From the NCBI GenBank assembly GCA_001724265.1, contig MEDY01000038.1:1-64000 (forward strand): a stretch of 64,000 nt of DNA, in the 5' to 3' direction. The notes beneath the pieces are model-generated. The model saw nothing but the letters and a program-made list of their open reading frames with translations. It was not told the DNA's origin and searched no databases. Positions 63,457-64,000 of the stretch are shown here, piece by piece. Source of the stretch: Rhizaria sp. SCN 62-66 (Eukaryota). Positions within the stretch are counted from its first letter, which is position 1; the number at the start of each line of letters is the position of its first letter. The position numbers and the translations under genes are program-made.

Positions 63457-64000
63457 TTACGCAAAGTGGAAACCGGCCTCGTTGAACATGGCGAGCAGCT
63501 TGAGGTACTCGTCCTGCGTCATCTTGGTCGCGCGCGCAGTCTCCATGCCCGACTCGGCCAAGATCTCGGCCACCTTGTTCTTGACGAAGTCGGGGTCCTC
63601 GTCCGGCTCGACGCCGTTCATCGCGCAGTGCGTGCGGTAGTTCTTCTCCAGCAGCTCTTCGACCGTGGAGAGCTTGAAGATCGCGCCCATCGTCTTGTTC
63701 TTGCGCAGGAAGCAGATGCGCACGAAACCGTCCCATTCGAGGAAGTTGATCGGCGGCGGCGGGTTGTGCGGCTCAATGCTGTGAGGGCAATAAGATGATA
63801 AAAACAGATACATTTAAAGTGAGAAAAGATTACAAAGTGACGATGTACAGACGAATTGTCATTTCAATAAAAGTAACTGAAGAAGACACAAGCATAACAC
63901 AACTACACTTCGGAATGCAGTGATCTAGTTTTACATCACCGCAATCTGTCCTTGCTATGTAGCTTGTTAAATGTAAACACCACGTACCGGACGACGGAGG
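63457..64000 (-). CDS. DIM1: 18S rRNA m6,6A dimethyltransferase, 3' end only; exons >64000-63988 and 63778-63457; TAA stop
   Basis: SVVR/IEPHNPPPPINFLEWDGFVRICFLRKNKT...LLAMFNEAGFHF matches the DIM1 C-terminus. Confidence 0.93.

Overview
Gene-dense, intron-containing eukaryotic (protist-like) nuclear DNA with GC-rich exons, AT-rich introns (mostly ~100-220 nt, dominant donor GTACG) and about 22 protein-coding genes. Recognisable products: RPL19, mitochondrial EF-Tu, mucolipin, mL43, NagA, LYRM7, VPS10/sortilin, ZW10-like, TrpRS, mL54, MED4-like, CELF, cytochrome b5-acyl-CoA dehydrogenase, a Crinkler/RHS-like NTPase, an MFS sugar porter, DnaJ-thioredoxin-KDEL, NDUFS6, CEPT and DIM1. The main result is evidence for a non-standard nuclear genetic code. 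Eleven in-frame TAG codons interrupt six otherwise intact genes, with five (including a TAG-TAG pair) in one transporter and several inside poly-Gln tracts. All 21 genes whose 3' end lies in the window stop at TAA (11) or TGA (10), and none at TAG. UAG therefore appears to be a sense codon, most likely Gln, and uncoupled from UAA, in an organism with an aerobic mitochondrion. Secondary signals: a splice acceptor 0-15 nt before most start codons (5'UTR introns or spliced-leader trans-splicing), a +4C-dominated donor consensus, and very large low-complexity insertions in conserved proteins. All gene identities come from motif recognition by eye; no database search was run.
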